From positions 139,413 to 203,412 of the forward strand of contig JBDRYB010000001.1 in assembly GCA_039803205.1 (NCBI GenBank): a stretch of 64,000 nt of DNA, given 5' to 3'. The DNA is from a candidate division WOR-3 bacterium. Lineage in GTDB: Bacteria > Hydrothermota > Hydrothermia > JBDRYB01. The stretch's first letter is position 1. Every line of letters begins with the position of its first letter. The notes below the pieces were generated by a model. The model ran no database searches, was not told the origin of the DNA, and worked only from the letters and a program-made list of their open reading frames with translations. The position numbers and the translations under genes were made by a program. Positions 1-9,016 of the stretch are shown here, piece by piece.

Positions 1-2
1 GC

Positions 3-249
3 TATTAGCGTCCACCTTTAGAGTTCGCCGAGCAGATCTGAGCGAGGCGAACCGGAACGAATCCACTCGCCCCGATGAGAAGCGAGTCAATAACTCTAGG
101 GCGCCGTGAGATATTAGCGTCCACCTTTAGAGTTCGCCGAGCAGATCTGAGCGAGGCGAACCGGAACGAATCCACTCGCCCCGATGAGAAGCGAGTCAAT
201 AACTCTAGGGCGCCGTGAGATATTAGCGTCCACCTTTAGAGTTCGCCGA
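3..249. repeat. Tandem repeat, 109-bp unit, ~2.3 identical copies
   Basis: TATTAGCGTCCACCTTTAGAGTTCGCCGA begins at 3, 112 and 221; the two intervening 80-bp stretches are identical. Confidence 0.95.
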
Positions 250-250
250 C

Positions 251-302
251 TTGACTTGCCATGCCCTCATCTTTGATAATATGCAAATGCACGAGGAGGT
301 GC
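251..302 (+). promoter_or_regulatory. sigma70-like promoter and SD of the 307 gene
   Basis: TTGACT (251-256), 18 bp, GATAAT (275-280); GGAGGTGC at 295-302. Confidence 0.6.
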
Positions 303-306
303 AGAT

Positions 307-1527
307 ATGTTGATGAGTCTATTCATAATATCCGCGTGGATGGCGTCCTTGCCCGATGGTACATCGGGTTGTTGCGGCGATAAGGGTCATAAGAGCGGAG
401 GAGCGAGGCCAGCCTTCTACACCCGAATAACCCTTAGAGGGAACTACATCCAGGCTTCGGCGGGCCTCAGGTTCACCCCCTCAGGCACCCTGAATCTCAC
501 GGGGCTTCCGGATGGGTCTGGCGCTTATGTCGCGAAGGCATACCTGATATACTCGGTAATCGCCTCTTCATCGGCGCCAGCCATGCAAATAGATGGCACT
601 CCGGTTAGCGGCCAGCTCGTTGGCACAGCCCCTTCCCCCTGCTGGTCAGACCCAAACATATACACATATATAGCCGATGTGACCAGCATTGTTAGGGCCA
701 AGGGCGACGGCGTCTATACCCTCTCAGGCTACTATAATCCGGATGGGGATCCGCCTCCTGGCGGGACGGATGGCGCTACCCTTGTCGCTATATACTGCGA
801 GCGTGATTATGCGGGAACCCCTCCAAGGGATATAGTCATATACCTCGGCGCTTATAGCCTGACTGATGGCGAGGAATGCGATACCTGGGGAGACATAACG
901 GATCTGGATACTCTCCAGTGGACAACATCCAACTTCAACGCTACCAACCCAGTGACATCCGCCAAGCTAACCCTTCTCTTCGCTGATGGCCAGGATTACT
1001 GGAGCGGGACATGCGGTCAGGAGATAGTCCGTTTCAACGGCCAGACCTTGCGCCAGGGCGCGACGGGCCTTCCGGGCGGGAACGGGAACCTCTACGATGC
1101 TGTTCATGTTGAAAATGCTACATCTCTGATCCCGGGCGGTTCAACCTCAGCGAGCAACTACTTTGAGGTAAAGTGGGACGAGTCAGGCTGTTCCGGTTGC
1201 GTTGATTGTATCACCGCTGTCGGGCAGATACTCATGGTCAGCTCCACCAACCCTGAGACATTTGACTGCCTCCCGCTTGAAACAGAAGAGGGCTGGGTTG
1301 ATAAGCCTCCGCTTTCGGTTAAGGGCACCGAGGTCATCCTAAGCCTGCCTTTCCCCATGTGGGGGGAGCTGGAGGTCTATTCTCCGACCGGGCAAAGGGT
1401 AAAGACCCTATCCTGGGGCAAGCTGGAATCGGGGCAGTGGAACCTGAGATCACTGGGGCCAGGAATCTACTACATCATCCTGAGGACAGAGGGCTTCGGG
1501 GCATCAGCGAAGGTGGTCGTAAGGTAG
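307..1527 (+). CDS. Secreted DUF3344-like beta-sandwich protein with T9SS-like CTD
   Basis: Short hydrophobic N-terminus; motifs AYLIYS and DGATLVAIY shared with 25654; CTD VYSPTGQRV..PGIYYIIL..KVVVR. Confidence 0.65.
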   Translation: MLMSLFIISAWMASLPDGTSGCCGDKGHKSGGARPAFYTRITLRGNYIQASAGLRFTPSGTLNLTGLPDGSGAYVAKAYLIYSVIASSSAPAMQIDGTPVSGQLVGTAPSPCWSDPNIYTYIADVTSIVRAKGDGVYTLSGYYNPDGDPPPGGTDGATLVAIYCERDYAGTPPRDIVIYLGAYSLTDGEECDTWGDITDLDTLQWTTSNFNATNPVTSAKLTLLFADGQDYWSGTCGQEIVRFNGQTLRQGATGLPGGNGNLYDAVHVENATSLIPGGSTSASNYFEVKWDESGCSGCVDCITAVGQILMVSSTNPETFDCLPLETEEGWVDKPPLSVKGTEVILSLPFPMWGELEVYSPTGQRVKTLSWGKLESGQWNLRSLGPGIYYIILRTEGFGASAKVVVR

Positions 1528-1528
1528 A

Positions 1529-1870
1529 CTATTCCTCGTATTCGGCGCCCTGACGCCCGTTTTCCCAGACCACGACCCTGATGAGACCGGGATAGATCGG
1601 CTTGAGCCTCTCGTAGATGTATCTGGCGATGAGCTCAGCGGAAGGGTTTTCCATGAGATCGTTCAGGAGCCTGTGATCCGGCAAGATCTCCCTCAGCTTG
1701 GCCCTCATTTCAGCGAAATCGTGCGCAATTCCGCTCTCAGCAAGCTCATTAGCCTTTACGAAAACCTCAACCTCGTAGTTGTGCCCGTGGAGAGCCTCGC
1801 ACTTGCCCTTATAGCTGGGCAAGTAATGCGCGGCCGAGAATTCCTCTTTCAGTCTTAGAACCCAGGGCAT
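1529..1870 (-). CDS. queD: 6-carboxy-5,6,7,8-tetrahydropterin synthase
   Basis: FSAAH, C-x3-HGHNY, DH..LND, NPSAE motifs. Confidence 0.92.
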   Translation of the reverse strand: MPWVLRLKEEFSAAHYLPSYKGKCEALHGHNYEVEVFVKANELAESGIAHDFAEMRAKLREILPDHRLLNDLMENPSAELIARYIYERLKPIYPGLIRVVVWENGRQGAEYEE

Positions 1871-1888
1871 ACTCTAGCGGGGTTCACG

Positions 1889-2566
1889 CTACTTTATCTC
1901 GTAATCATAGAGCCTCGCTGTAGGGATTACCTCGGAGTCCCCGTTCTCGTCCCTCGCTACGATGCCCGTTCCTGGTGAGACCCAGGAATAGGTCTTTATG
2001 GCGGCTATGAGCGTATCCCTGCTGTTCTTGAATATGGTATCCTCGTAGTGGATCACAAAGGAGGGATCAAAGCTCCCCGCAGGAACAGAAAGGGAAACCG
2101 AATCCTCAACCCGGCCCCATATGCTCAGGATCACGACATCGGTGGAATCAAACCAGGGCGGCAAGTTAATACCGGAGATGCTGTCCTCCCCGACCTTCCA
2201 CACCTGGCCCTTGGTGAGGTATTCCGGCATGAGAACCCCTTCAACCGTCATCTCTATGATCTGAAATGTGAATGTGTATACCATGTTCAGATTGCTATCC
2301 GCGTAGTAGACTATCGTGGTGTCCTTGTTCCCCATCAGGTAACCGAAGACAGCAAAAGCGGGGTAGCCATTGCATGTTGTGTCATAGAGAACCCTTGTGG
2401 TGTCAAATTTCCCGGGATCAGCGGCATCCTGGTATATCCACCAGTTCCCGACAGCGAGGGGGACGGACCGCTTAGGTTCCGGCGGAGGAGGCTCCTCCTT
2501 TTTGCCACTGCATGCTGTAAAAAGGGCCAGGGATACAAAACACGCCTTCTTGTAAAACCCCTTCAT
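1889..2566 (-). CDS. Lipoprotein with PLAVGNWW-Y and VPAGSF motifs
   Basis: Lipobox LFTA-C after a basic n-region; domain related to 26823. Confidence 0.7.
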   Translation of the reverse strand: MKGFYKKACFVSLALFTACSGKKEEPPPPEPKRSVPLAVGNWWIYQDAADPGKFDTTRVLYDTTCNGYPAFAVFGYLMGNKDTTIVYYADSNLNMVYTFTFQIIEMTVEGVLMPEYLTKGQVWKVGEDSISGINLPPWFDSTDVVILSIWGRVEDSVSLSVPAGSFDPSFVIHYEDTIFKNSRDTLIAAIKTYSWVSPGTGIVARDENGDSEVIPTARLYDYEIK

Positions 2567-2567
2567 A

Positions 2568-3110
2568 TCATTCCAAACCCGATGTGATGGCCAAGGTCAG
2601 ATGGTCGTAGTGCTTCCTGACGAGCTCCATGTTGTGATCGGAAACAGCGTATTCAGGCTTTGCCTTGGCCTCCATCTCCGCGAGCTCCTTTTCCATTTGG
2701 GCCTTGGTCTCAGGGGGCATCCCGGGAAGGTCCTTCGCCATCTCGGCCCTCATCTCCTCAATCGCTTTCTCCATAGCGCATGCAGAGTATGTCGCGGTTA
2801 TCGCACCGACGATCTTGAGAAACTCCGCTGATGATCTGAAACCCAGCTCCTTTACGGCCTTTTTCTGGCTAGGGGTAAGCTGGACCGAAGCAAAAGCGGT
2901 ATAGGGGTCCTTGAGGAGTTGTTCTGGGTCCATTCCCTTCTCAATTTCTCTCATCAGCTTGTTTATGCCGGAGTAGTTGTCAATAAATACGGTTATATCG
3001 TCCTCCGTAAGCTGATACGCCCTTATGTCCTCAGCTGTGACCTTTTCCTCTCTGGCACAGCCCGCAAGTAGCGCTAGGCCAATCAATCCTGCTCCTGCTA
3101 TTCTCAGCAT
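2568..3110 (-). CDS. Helical lipoprotein, unknown function
   Basis: Start re-assigned to ATG 3110 (GGAGG upstream); lipobox LLAG-C. Confidence 0.7.
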   Translation of the reverse strand: MLRIAGAGLIGLALLAGCAREEKVTAEDIRAYQLTEDDITVFIDNYSGINKLMREIEKGMDPEQLLKDPYTAFASVQLTPSQKKAVKELGFRSSAEFLKIVGAITATYSACAMEKAIEEMRAEMAKDLPGMPPETKAQMEKELAEMEAKAKPEYAVSDHNMELVRKHYDHLTLAITSGLE

Positions 3111-3227
3111 CTTTAGCCTCCCATGAGTCACGATCATATTTTCCAGCTGATCGCCAGGGTCTTTCAACCTGACCCCCCTCCTATGAGCCCATGCGCCAGA
3201 AGATCCGAGGGGTTTATAATTTTCAGG

Positions 3228-4874
3228 ATGTTCAAGAGAACCCTGATAACCTGTGCCCTTCCATACGCGAATGGGCCACTCCATATTGGCCAGATAGCTG
3301 GCGCGCACCTTCCCGCGGACATATACTACAGGTTCACGAGGCTAATGGGGCGCGAGGCTCTGCACATATGCGGCACGGATGACCACGGCGTCGCGAACAT
3401 CGTCACGGCTGAGAAACGGGGCCTCACCCCTGACCAGAGCACGGAGTTTTATTACCATGACTTCGTCAAAACCTTGAACAAATGGGGAATACGCTACTCA
3501 AACTTCTCCCAGACAAAGAGGCCCCTCCACCACAGGATCGCGCAAGGATTCTTCCTCAGACTCCACGAGAAGGGCTATTTTTACAAGCAGGATATTGAAC
3601 AGCACTACTGTGAGCGCTGTGGAAGGTTCTTGCCTGAAAGATACATCCAGGGAAAGTGCCCACACTGCGGGTTTCCTGAGGCAAGAGGCGATCAGTGTGA
3701 AGCTTGCGGCAGGTGGCTTGAACCAACCCAGCTCGTAGAGCCTCGTTGCACGGTCTGCGGTTCTCTCCCCGTTGTCAGGAAAACATGGCACTATTACTTC
3801 AGGCTCTCCGAACTGGCTCCCCGTCTCAAGGAGTGGCTTGAGTCAAAAACGGACTGGAAACCCAATGTCAGGAACAAGGCCCTTTCCTGGCTTGAGGAGG
3901 GGCTTGCGGACAGGCCAATAACGAGGGACCTCTCTTGGGGCGTTCGGGTTCCCCTTCCGGAAGCGGCAGGGAAGGTTCTCTATGTGTGGTTTGACGCTCC
4001 AATCGGATACATCACATCAACAGCGGAGTTCTGCGAGGAAAGGGATGAGTGCTGGAAGGGGTGGTGGCAATCCCCTGAGACCCGGATCCTGCACTTCATA
4101 GGCAAGGACAACATCGTGTTTCACGCTCTCATATGGCCTGGTATGCTCATGGCCCACGGGGATTATCAGCTCCCGGACAATGTCCCGGCGAACGAGTTTC
4201 TGAATTTGATGGGCAGGAAGCTCTCAACATCCCGCGGGTGGGCTGTATGGGCAGAGGATTTCGTTGATGCCTTTGGAACGGATTACGCGAGATACGGCAT
4301 AGCCCAGGTCCTCCCTGAGGCAAGGGATTCTGACTTTGACTGGAGGCTCTTTGCATCTGGTATAAACCACAATCTGGTCAACACATACGGGAACCTGGTT
4401 CACAGGTCCCTCTCCTTCATAAACCGATTCATGGGGGGCAGGATCCCGAGCCGGAAGATTGACCCTGAGGTAGCGAACAAGATCAAGGAGTATCACGAAA
4501 CCACAACAGGCTTCATGGAGACATTCCAGTTTCGCAAAGCCCTTTCCGAGATACACGAGCTCGCGCTTTACGGAAACGAATACTTCAACCGGCAGGCGCC
4601 CTGGAAGGCGATAAAAGAAGACCCTGCATCCGCAGAGACCTGCTTATACTCAGTTGTCCAGGTGATTCGTGCCCTCTCAATCCTATACGAGCCCTTTATC
4701 CCGGTCTCCTCAAGGGAGATAAGGGCCATGCTGGGCCTTTTGGACCTCGCATGGCAGGATGCGACCTCGGAGGATGTCAACCTGCGGGGCGCTTCGCTTG
4801 CCGCCGAGCTGAAACCCCCTTTCCAGAAGATAGAGGACCAGAGAATTGAGGAGGAGATGAGGAAGCTGGGATAA
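3228..4874 (+). CDS. metG: Methionine--tRNA ligase (no C-terminal tRNA-binding extension)
   Basis: ALPYANGPLHIG, four CxxC knuckles, YVWFDAPIGY, IGKDNIVFH, KLSTS; start at ATG 3228. Confidence 0.96.
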   Translation: MFKRTLITCALPYANGPLHIGQIAGAHLPADIYYRFTRLMGREALHICGTDDHGVANIVTAEKRGLTPDQSTEFYYHDFVKTLNKWGIRYSNFSQTKRPLHHRIAQGFFLRLHEKGYFYKQDIEQHYCERCGRFLPERYIQGKCPHCGFPEARGDQCEACGRWLEPTQLVEPRCTVCGSLPVVRKTWHYYFRLSELAPRLKEWLESKTDWKPNVRNKALSWLEEGLADRPITRDLSWGVRVPLPEAAGKVLYVWFDAPIGYITSTAEFCEERDECWKGWWQSPETRILHFIGKDNIVFHALIWPGMLMAHGDYQLPDNVPANEFLNLMGRKLSTSRGWAVWAEDFVDAFGTDYARYGIAQVLPEARDSDFDWRLFASGINHNLVNTYGNLVHRSLSFINRFMGGRIPSRKIDPEVANKIKEYHETTTGFMETFQFRKALSEIHELALYGNEYFNRQAPWKAIKEDPASAETCLYSVVQVIRALSILYEPFIPVSSREIRAMLGLLDLAWQDATSEDVNLRGASLAAELKPPFQKIEDQRIEEEMRKLG

Positions 4875-4982
4875 GGCGCTCGCATCCCTCTTTGAGTATT
4901 CAAAGAACAGCCTCTCTTTTCTGGAACCCTACTGTGCGCGTCCTTGATCCTGGGGCCTTTTATGCGTGATAATTTATCAATC

Positions 4983-6533
4983 ATGAAGGCATTGAAAAGG
5001 TTTTTGCTCCCTGTTGCAGCTCTTGTTATAGGCCTGGCCTCTGGATACGCTATAAGGGCCGAGGCCGCGGAGACCCAGACCCCAACCCTTAAGCAGATGC
5101 TGGACCTTATGGACGCGACCCTCAAGTATATATCAGAGTATTATGTTGAGCCAATTGATAAGGCTGAGCTGGTCCAATCTGCCCTCAAGGGAATGCTTTC
5201 ATCCCTCGATCCTTACTCGGAGTTCATGACGCCGCAGGACAAGGAGCAGCTGGATGAAGAGACGCAAGGCGAATACTCCGGCATAGGAATGCAGGTAGGC
5301 CTGAGAGATGGCTGGCCCACGGTTATAGCGCCATTTGACGGTTCTCCAGCGCAGAGGATGGGTCTCAGACCAGGTGACAAAATAGTTGAGATAGAGGGTG
5401 TGAGCACCTACGATATGAGCTTGAATGAGGTGGTTAAGAGACTCAGGGGTCCACAGGGCACAAATGTAACGATAAAGGTCCTGAAACCCGGAGTGAATGA
5501 CCCGGTTGAGGTGACATTGACCAGGGAAAAGATAAAGATACATCCTGTTCCCTACTATGACATCCTGGAGGGAAACATAGGGTATATAAAGATGACCTCT
5601 TTTTCCGCGGATGCCGCGGGGGAGCTTTCGGCCATAATAGATACCCTGAACTCGCGGGGCATGAAGGGCCTCATCCTTGACCTCAGGGGCAACCCAGGGG
5701 GGCTTCTCAGGGAGGCTGTTGATGTTTCGGATGTGTTTCTCTCCAAGAACTCCCTTATCGTCTCAACAAAGGGCCGAGGCACAGAGGATGTGATAAACTA
5801 CTTCGCTCAGAGACCTGAACGCCTAGCGCTTGAGACCCCGATGGTGGTCCTGGTTGATCAGGGTTCAGCAAGCGCCTCCGAGATAGTGGCGGGCGCGCTT
5901 CAAGACTGGGATAGGGCCCTCATCATAGGAGACACGACCTTCGGGAAGGGGCTCGTTCAAAGGGTATTCCCTTTGAGCGGGGACTACGCCATACGACTCA
6001 CCACCTCCAGATACTACACCCCTTCCGGAAGATGCATAAATAAGGTGACAAGGCTTGGCGGCAAAGAGACAAAGGATACCTCAAATTTGGTATTCTACAC
6101 GAGACGCTTTGAGAGGGAGGTCAGGGGCTCCGGCGGCATAGTTCCGGATGTGGTAATAGAGCCTGAGAAGACATACAGCCTCACAGCGAAGGCCGCATCC
6201 GATGGAGCGGTGTTCGCCTTTGCGGTGGATTACACCAACAAGCACAAAACCCCTCCCGCATCAGGCAAGATAAGCCTCACGAGCGCTGATATGGCTGATT
6301 TCAGAAAATTCCTCGCCGGGAGAAAGATAACCTTTACGGAGTGCGAGTGGGAGGAGGCTGAGCCCCAGCTTAAATACTGGCTTGAGCAGGACATAGCCGA
6401 GAAATATTGGGGAATGAAGGGGCGCTATCGGCAGTCCTTGGTTGGCGATCCGGTTGTCCAGGAGGCAATAGAAAGGCTGAGGAGCTCAAAGAAGACAGAC
6501 GACCTCTTTCTCACGGCCGGGTCCGGAAAATAA
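4983..6533 (+). CDS. ctpA: S41A carboxy-terminal processing protease with PDZ domain
   Basis: LDPYS, GIG, DLRGNPGGLL, SASASEIVAGALQD, TFGKGLVQ; start at ATG 4983. Confidence 0.9.
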   Translation: MKALKRFLLPVAALVIGLASGYAIRAEAAETQTPTLKQMLDLMDATLKYISEYYVEPIDKAELVQSALKGMLSSLDPYSEFMTPQDKEQLDEETQGEYSGIGMQVGLRDGWPTVIAPFDGSPAQRMGLRPGDKIVEIEGVSTYDMSLNEVVKRLRGPQGTNVTIKVLKPGVNDPVEVTLTREKIKIHPVPYYDILEGNIGYIKMTSFSADAAGELSAIIDTLNSRGMKGLILDLRGNPGGLLREAVDVSDVFLSKNSLIVSTKGRGTEDVINYFAQRPERLALETPMVVLVDQGSASASEIVAGALQDWDRALIIGDTTFGKGLVQRVFPLSGDYAIRLTTSRYYTPSGRCINKVTRLGGKETKDTSNLVFYTRRFEREVRGSGGIVPDVVIEPEKTYSLTAKAASDGAVFAFAVDYTNKHKTPPASGKISLTSADMADFRKFLAGRKITFTECEWEEAEPQLKYWLEQDIAEKYWGMKGRYRQSLVGDPVVQEAIERLRSSKKTDDLFLTAGSGK

Positions 6534-6993
6534 CCCCGAGGCCTCTGAGCCACTTATCAATGAGCTGGGATGTGTATTCATCCAGGATCTCGTAGAACAT
6601 CTCCATGACCTCCGGCCTGGAGATGCATATGGTATCGAACTTGTCCGCGAAATCGCCGGATGCCGTGGCTTCGGTAATGGCCTGGGATATCTCAGGGTCA
6701 TTGACCTTCTCGGCGAGCCTGGAAACCACAGCGAACATGTCCGAATCGGACAGATGAGGTATGGGAACGAACCTGCCATTTCCGGAGCATATCTCAGCGG
6801 CCTTCTCGGCAAGGGCCTTCTGAGAGGGGCGAAGGCGATCGGTCTCGTCGTTCTCCACAGCGCTGAGCACATCCTCAGGCACGAGGATTATCTCCCCTGT
6901 TTCCGTATCAAGATAGTATTCATCAGACAGGGTAGCTCCCATCTGGACCACCCTGATTATCATCTCTTTGTCTAGCGCCTCCCGTTTCATCAT
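6511..6993 (-). CDS. UPF0158-family-like protein
   Basis: YYLDTETGEI, RFVPIP, C-terminal WLRGLG; start ATG 6993 after TATTAT. Confidence 0.65.
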   Translation of the reverse strand: MMKREALDKEMIIRVVQMGATLSDEYYLDTETGEIILVPEDVLSAVENDETDRLRPSQKALAEKAAEICSGNGRFVPIPHLSDSDMFAVVSRLAEKVNDPEISQAITEATASGDFADKFDTICISRPEVMEMFYEILDEYTSQLIDKWLRGLGVIFRTRP

Positions 6994-7078
6994 GTCCAAT
7001 ATAATAACCGAAATCGCGTGGACGCGCAAGGGGAAGTGGCCCGAGCACGAGATTCTGGATTAGAATTTCCCTCCGGCC

Positions 7079-7993
7079 ATGAAAAAGAGAAGGCCTCCCA
7101 AGGTCAAGGACAAGGGACTCAAGAAGGCCGCGAGGGGCGGCCAGGGCTTCATGGCGAGGCTTTTCAACGCGAGCGATAAAAAGCGGATAATCTCAAGCTT
7201 GGCCGATAAAACCGACGCTCCCCCAGAAACAAACGAGCGTCCTTCATTGTCCACATTTCTTGACAAGATAATATGCGGTGACTCGGAGGAGATACTGAAA
7301 ATGATCCCTTCTGATAGCATAGACATCATAATCACATCTCCCCCATACCAGTTCGGGCTTGAATACAAAGGGATAAGCGATGCTCTTCGCTGGGAGGATT
7401 ATTTTGCTAAATTGGGAAGGATATGGGCAGAGTGCGAGAGGGTTCTGGTTCCCGGCGGCAGGATAGCGGTGAATGTTCAGCCACTTTTCTCTGACTATGT
7501 GCCCACCCATCACATAATATCCCTCCAATTGATGAGCCTCGGCCTGCTCTGGAAGGCAGAAATACTCTGGGAAAAGCACAACTACAACGCCAAATACACA
7601 GCCTGGGGCTCCTGGTGTTCGCCCTCAATGCCATACATAAAATATACCTGGGAATTCGTGGAGGTTTTCGCTAAGGCCACGCACAGAAAGGAGGGCAGGC
7701 GAGAGGACATTGATATAAGGCCGGACGAGTTTAAGCGTTGGGTCTATGGAAGGTGGGAGATAGCGCCCGATAACAGGATGGCGAAGCTGGGCCACCCAGC
7801 CGTGTTTCCCCAAGAGCTGGTGAGGCGACTGCTTTTGCTTTTCTCATACAGAGGCGATGTTGTCCTTGACCCGTTCGTTGGCACGGGGACCACCGCGCTC
7901 GTTGCCAAGAAAACCGGAAGGCACTACATTGGCATTGATATATCCGAGGATTATTGCAGGATAGCGAAGGAGAGGCTGGCCGATATCGGATAA
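7079..7993 (+). CDS. Site-specific DNA methyltransferase, beta class (N4-C/N6-A)
   Basis: ITSPPY precedes HPAVFP and VLDPFVGTGTT. Confidence 0.9.
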   Translation: MKKRRPPKVKDKGLKKAARGGQGFMARLFNASDKKRIISSLADKTDAPPETNERPSLSTFLDKIICGDSEEILKMIPSDSIDIIITSPPYQFGLEYKGISDALRWEDYFAKLGRIWAECERVLVPGGRIAVNVQPLFSDYVPTHHIISLQLMSLGLLWKAEILWEKHNYNAKYTAWGSWCSPSMPYIKYTWEFVEVFAKATHRKEGRREDIDIRPDEFKRWVYGRWEIAPDNRMAKLGHPAVFPQELVRRLLLLFSYRGDVVLDPFVGTGTTALVAKKTGRHYIGIDISEDYCRIAKERLADIG

Positions 7994-8058
7994 TCTCCAT
8001 CAAAGAGCCTTTTCCTCTGGTTTGCGCCTGGTTCATCTCCGGCCTTAGAATCTGCTTC

Positions 8059-9015
8059 TTGAACACCGTAGAGAGGCTCAGAAAAGAGGTCTCGCGCGTC
8101 ATCGTTGGCCAAGAGAAGGTCCTGGAAAAGCTCGCCGCGGCCCTTTTTGCTGGCGGGCATGTTCTCCTTGTAGGTGTTCCCGGCCTCGCGAAGACCCTCA
8201 TGGTGAAGACCCTCGCCAAGGCCCTCGGCCTGAGCTTCTCGAGGATCCAGTTCACCCCTGACCTCATGCCAACGGACATAATAGGAACGGACATCCTTGA
8301 GGATGACCCTGAGACGGGCAGGAAGACCTTCCGATTTCACAAAGGGCCTCTGTTCGCGAATGTGATCCTCGCGGATGAGATAAACAGAACCCCACCAAAG
8401 ACACAGTCTGCTCTCCTCGAGGCCATGCAGGAGCTCTCGGTCACGGCCGGCGGCAAGACATATCACCTTGAGCCTCCTTTCTTCGTCCTGGCCACCCAGA
8501 ACCCCATAGAGCAGGAAGGGACATACCCATTGCCCGAGGCGCAGCTAGATCGCTTCGCTTTCCAGCTGAACCTTGATTATCCTGATGAACAGGAGGAGCG
8601 AGAGATAGTTGAGAGGACGACATCAGGACCGCTTCCTGAGCCTGAGCCGGTCCTAAACCGCGATGAGATAATGGCCGCGAGAGACCAGATACTATCCATG
8701 CCCGTGCCTCCCCATGTCCATTCATACGCGGTTCGTCTGGCGAGGGCAACGAGGCCATCGGACGGCGCATCCGATCTCGTCAAAAAGTATGTTCTCTGGG
8801 GTGCAGGGCCAAGGGCGAGTCAATGGCTAACCTTGGGAGCAAAGGCCCTCTCGTGGCTCAGGGGGGATCCTGTTCCGACAACTAACCATATGAGGGAGAT
8901 AGCGCACGATGTCCTGAGGCACAGGATCATTTTGAATTTCCACGCGGAGGCCGATGGCATAACGGTTGATTCCCTAATTGATGAGCTTCTGAGAAGGGTT
9001 CCGGTTGAGCCCTAG
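8059..9015 (+). CDS. moxR: MoxR-family AAA+ ATPase
   Basis: GVPGLAKT, RIQFTPDLMP, ADEINR, ATQNPIEQEGTYPLPEAQLDRF; probable TTG start at 8059. Confidence 0.9.
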   Translation: MNTVERLRKEVSRVIVGQEKVLEKLAAALFAGGHVLLVGVPGLAKTLMVKTLAKALGLSFSRIQFTPDLMPTDIIGTDILEDDPETGRKTFRFHKGPLFANVILADEINRTPPKTQSALLEAMQELSVTAGGKTYHLEPPFFVLATQNPIEQEGTYPLPEAQLDRFAFQLNLDYPDEQEEREIVERTTSGPLPEPEPVLNRDEIMAARDQILSMPVPPHVHSYAVRLARATRPSDGASDLVKKYVLWGAGPRASQWLTLGAKALSWLRGDPVPTTNHMREIAHDVLRHRIILNFHAEADGITVDSLIDELLRRVPVEP

Positions 9016-9016
9016 C

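Noticed and set aside
60..110. Hammerhead ribozyme in the repeat (CCGATGAG)
   Set aside because: The core is not CUGANGA and there is no correctly placed GAAA
3..249. CRISPR array (29-bp sequence occurring three times)
   Set aside because: The intervening 80-bp sequences are identical and too long for spacers, and no cas genes are in the window
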